From contig DASZUS010000056.1 of NCBI GenBank assembly GCA_035547515.1, forward strand, positions 40,451 through 104,450: a DNA stretch of 64,000 nt. Direction: 5' to 3'. The stretch comes from Mycobacteriales bacterium. Lineage in GTDB: Bacteria; Actinomycetota; Actinomycetes; JAFAQI01. The position numbers and the translations under genes were made by a program. The notes below the pieces were generated by a model. The model was not told where the DNA came from. It saw only the letters and a list, made by a program, of their open reading frames with translations, and searched no databases. Of the stretch, positions 63,450 through 64,000 are shown one piece after another. Position 1 is the stretch's first letter. Each line of letters starts with the position of its first letter.

Positions 63450-64000
63450 GCCTCTGCACCGGTGAGCTCGCTCACCGAGGACTCGACGGTCGTCCCGGCG
63501 AAGAAGCTCGGGTTGGCACGGGTGAAGAACCGGACCGGATTGGCGAACACGAAGTCGCGGAACCCGGCCTCGTCGAGGATCTCGTGCTCGACCAGCTCCC
63601 ACGCCTCCTCGAGCACCTGGCGCATGTCCGGCACGTCCCAGTGCGACAGATCGGAGCCGAACATCGGCTTCAGCGTCGCGCCGTACGGGTTCGCCTTGGT
63701 GTTGAAAGCCGTCCCGGCCAGCGGGTCGTCGGCCTCGCAGCCGAAGAAGAAGTTGTCGGCGAACAGCGCCTTGATGTCCTCGCCGGCCGTGATCTCGCAG
63801 CGGGCGAACTCGTCGAGCATCGTCGGGTCGTCACCCGGCCGCACGGTGCGCGGCAGCGGTGGGCCGTCGTCGGTCTTGGTCTGCGACGCGTGCTTGCTCC
63901 ACAGATCCATCAGGAGCTGCCGATCGATCGTCTTGGGGTCGAGGTGCGCGAGGGCTTCGACGTTGCGCTTCTCCCAGTGGCCGACCAGGTCGGCGTACAA
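63440..64000 (-). CDS. amidohydrolase-family protein, C-terminal part (gene continues beyond right edge)
   Basis: 186 aa are visible, including ...FGSDLSHWDVPDM...FVFANPVRFF, which resembles amidohydrolase_2-type metal-dependent hydrolases. Confidence 0.6.
   Translation of the reverse strand: MYADLVGHWEKRNVEALAHLDPKTIDRQLLMDLWSKHASQTKTDDGPPLPRTVRPGDDPTMLDEFARCEITAGEDIKALFADNFFFGCEADDPLAGTAFNTKANPYGATLKPMFGSDLSHWDVPDMRQVLEEAWELVEHEILDEAGFRDFVFANPVRFFTRANPSFFAGTTVESSVSELTGAEAWS

Noticed and set aside
1-64000. CRISPR arrays, rRNA genes, prophage structural genes and integrases.
   Set aside because: I noticed no regularly spaced direct repeats, no rRNA-like conserved stretches, and no capsid, terminase or tyrosine/serine recombinase motifs in any listed ORF.

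Overview
High-GC actinobacterial chromosome segment. Spot counts give about 72% G+C in core genes. Positions 1-24500 form a conserved housekeeping block whose gene order matches the Mycobacterium tuberculosis Rv2200c-Rv2220 neighbourhood: ctaC, adoK, erpA, glycerate kinase, DUF3043, gcvT, pepA, lpd, sucB/dlaT, lipB, lipA, DUF4191, RDD, glnA1. Lineage-specific additions to that block are a PspA-PspAA-HtpX-PspAB envelope-stress operon, a Ser/Thr kinase, and a tandemly duplicated secreted beta-propeller-like gene pair. Directly after glnA (about 24500-30400) lies a visibly lower-GC accessory island. It carries a decayed IS256-family transposase fragment and several orphan genes. I regard one compact cassette there (25011-28471) as the best candidate for an undescribed, possibly phage-defence, system. 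That cassette holds an R-x6-H (HEPN-like) protein, a RecB-like PD-(D/E)xK nuclease-fold gene that appears frameshifted, a translationally coupled 357-aa protein with no motif I recognise, and a convergent small ORF. Downstream come a MarR-MFS-USP operon, an MMPL transporter, and a seven-gene Mrp/Mbh-type cation-translocation module that lacks MrpA. Next to that module is a Cys-type formate dehydrogenase (alpha, 4Fe-4S and NrfD-like subunits). After these come a K+/H+ antiporter, a MarR-ClC-SCO operon, a sugar ABC transporter whose permease carries an inserted Ig-like domain, a SWIM/SNF2 helicase, and a tightly coupled M24/M24/SDR/D-aminoacylase/amidohydrolase operon. I could not support any rRNA, tRNA or CRISPR array. 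All calls rest on reading the supplied translations and the raw sequence. No database search was run, so family names are recalled similarity and should be verified.
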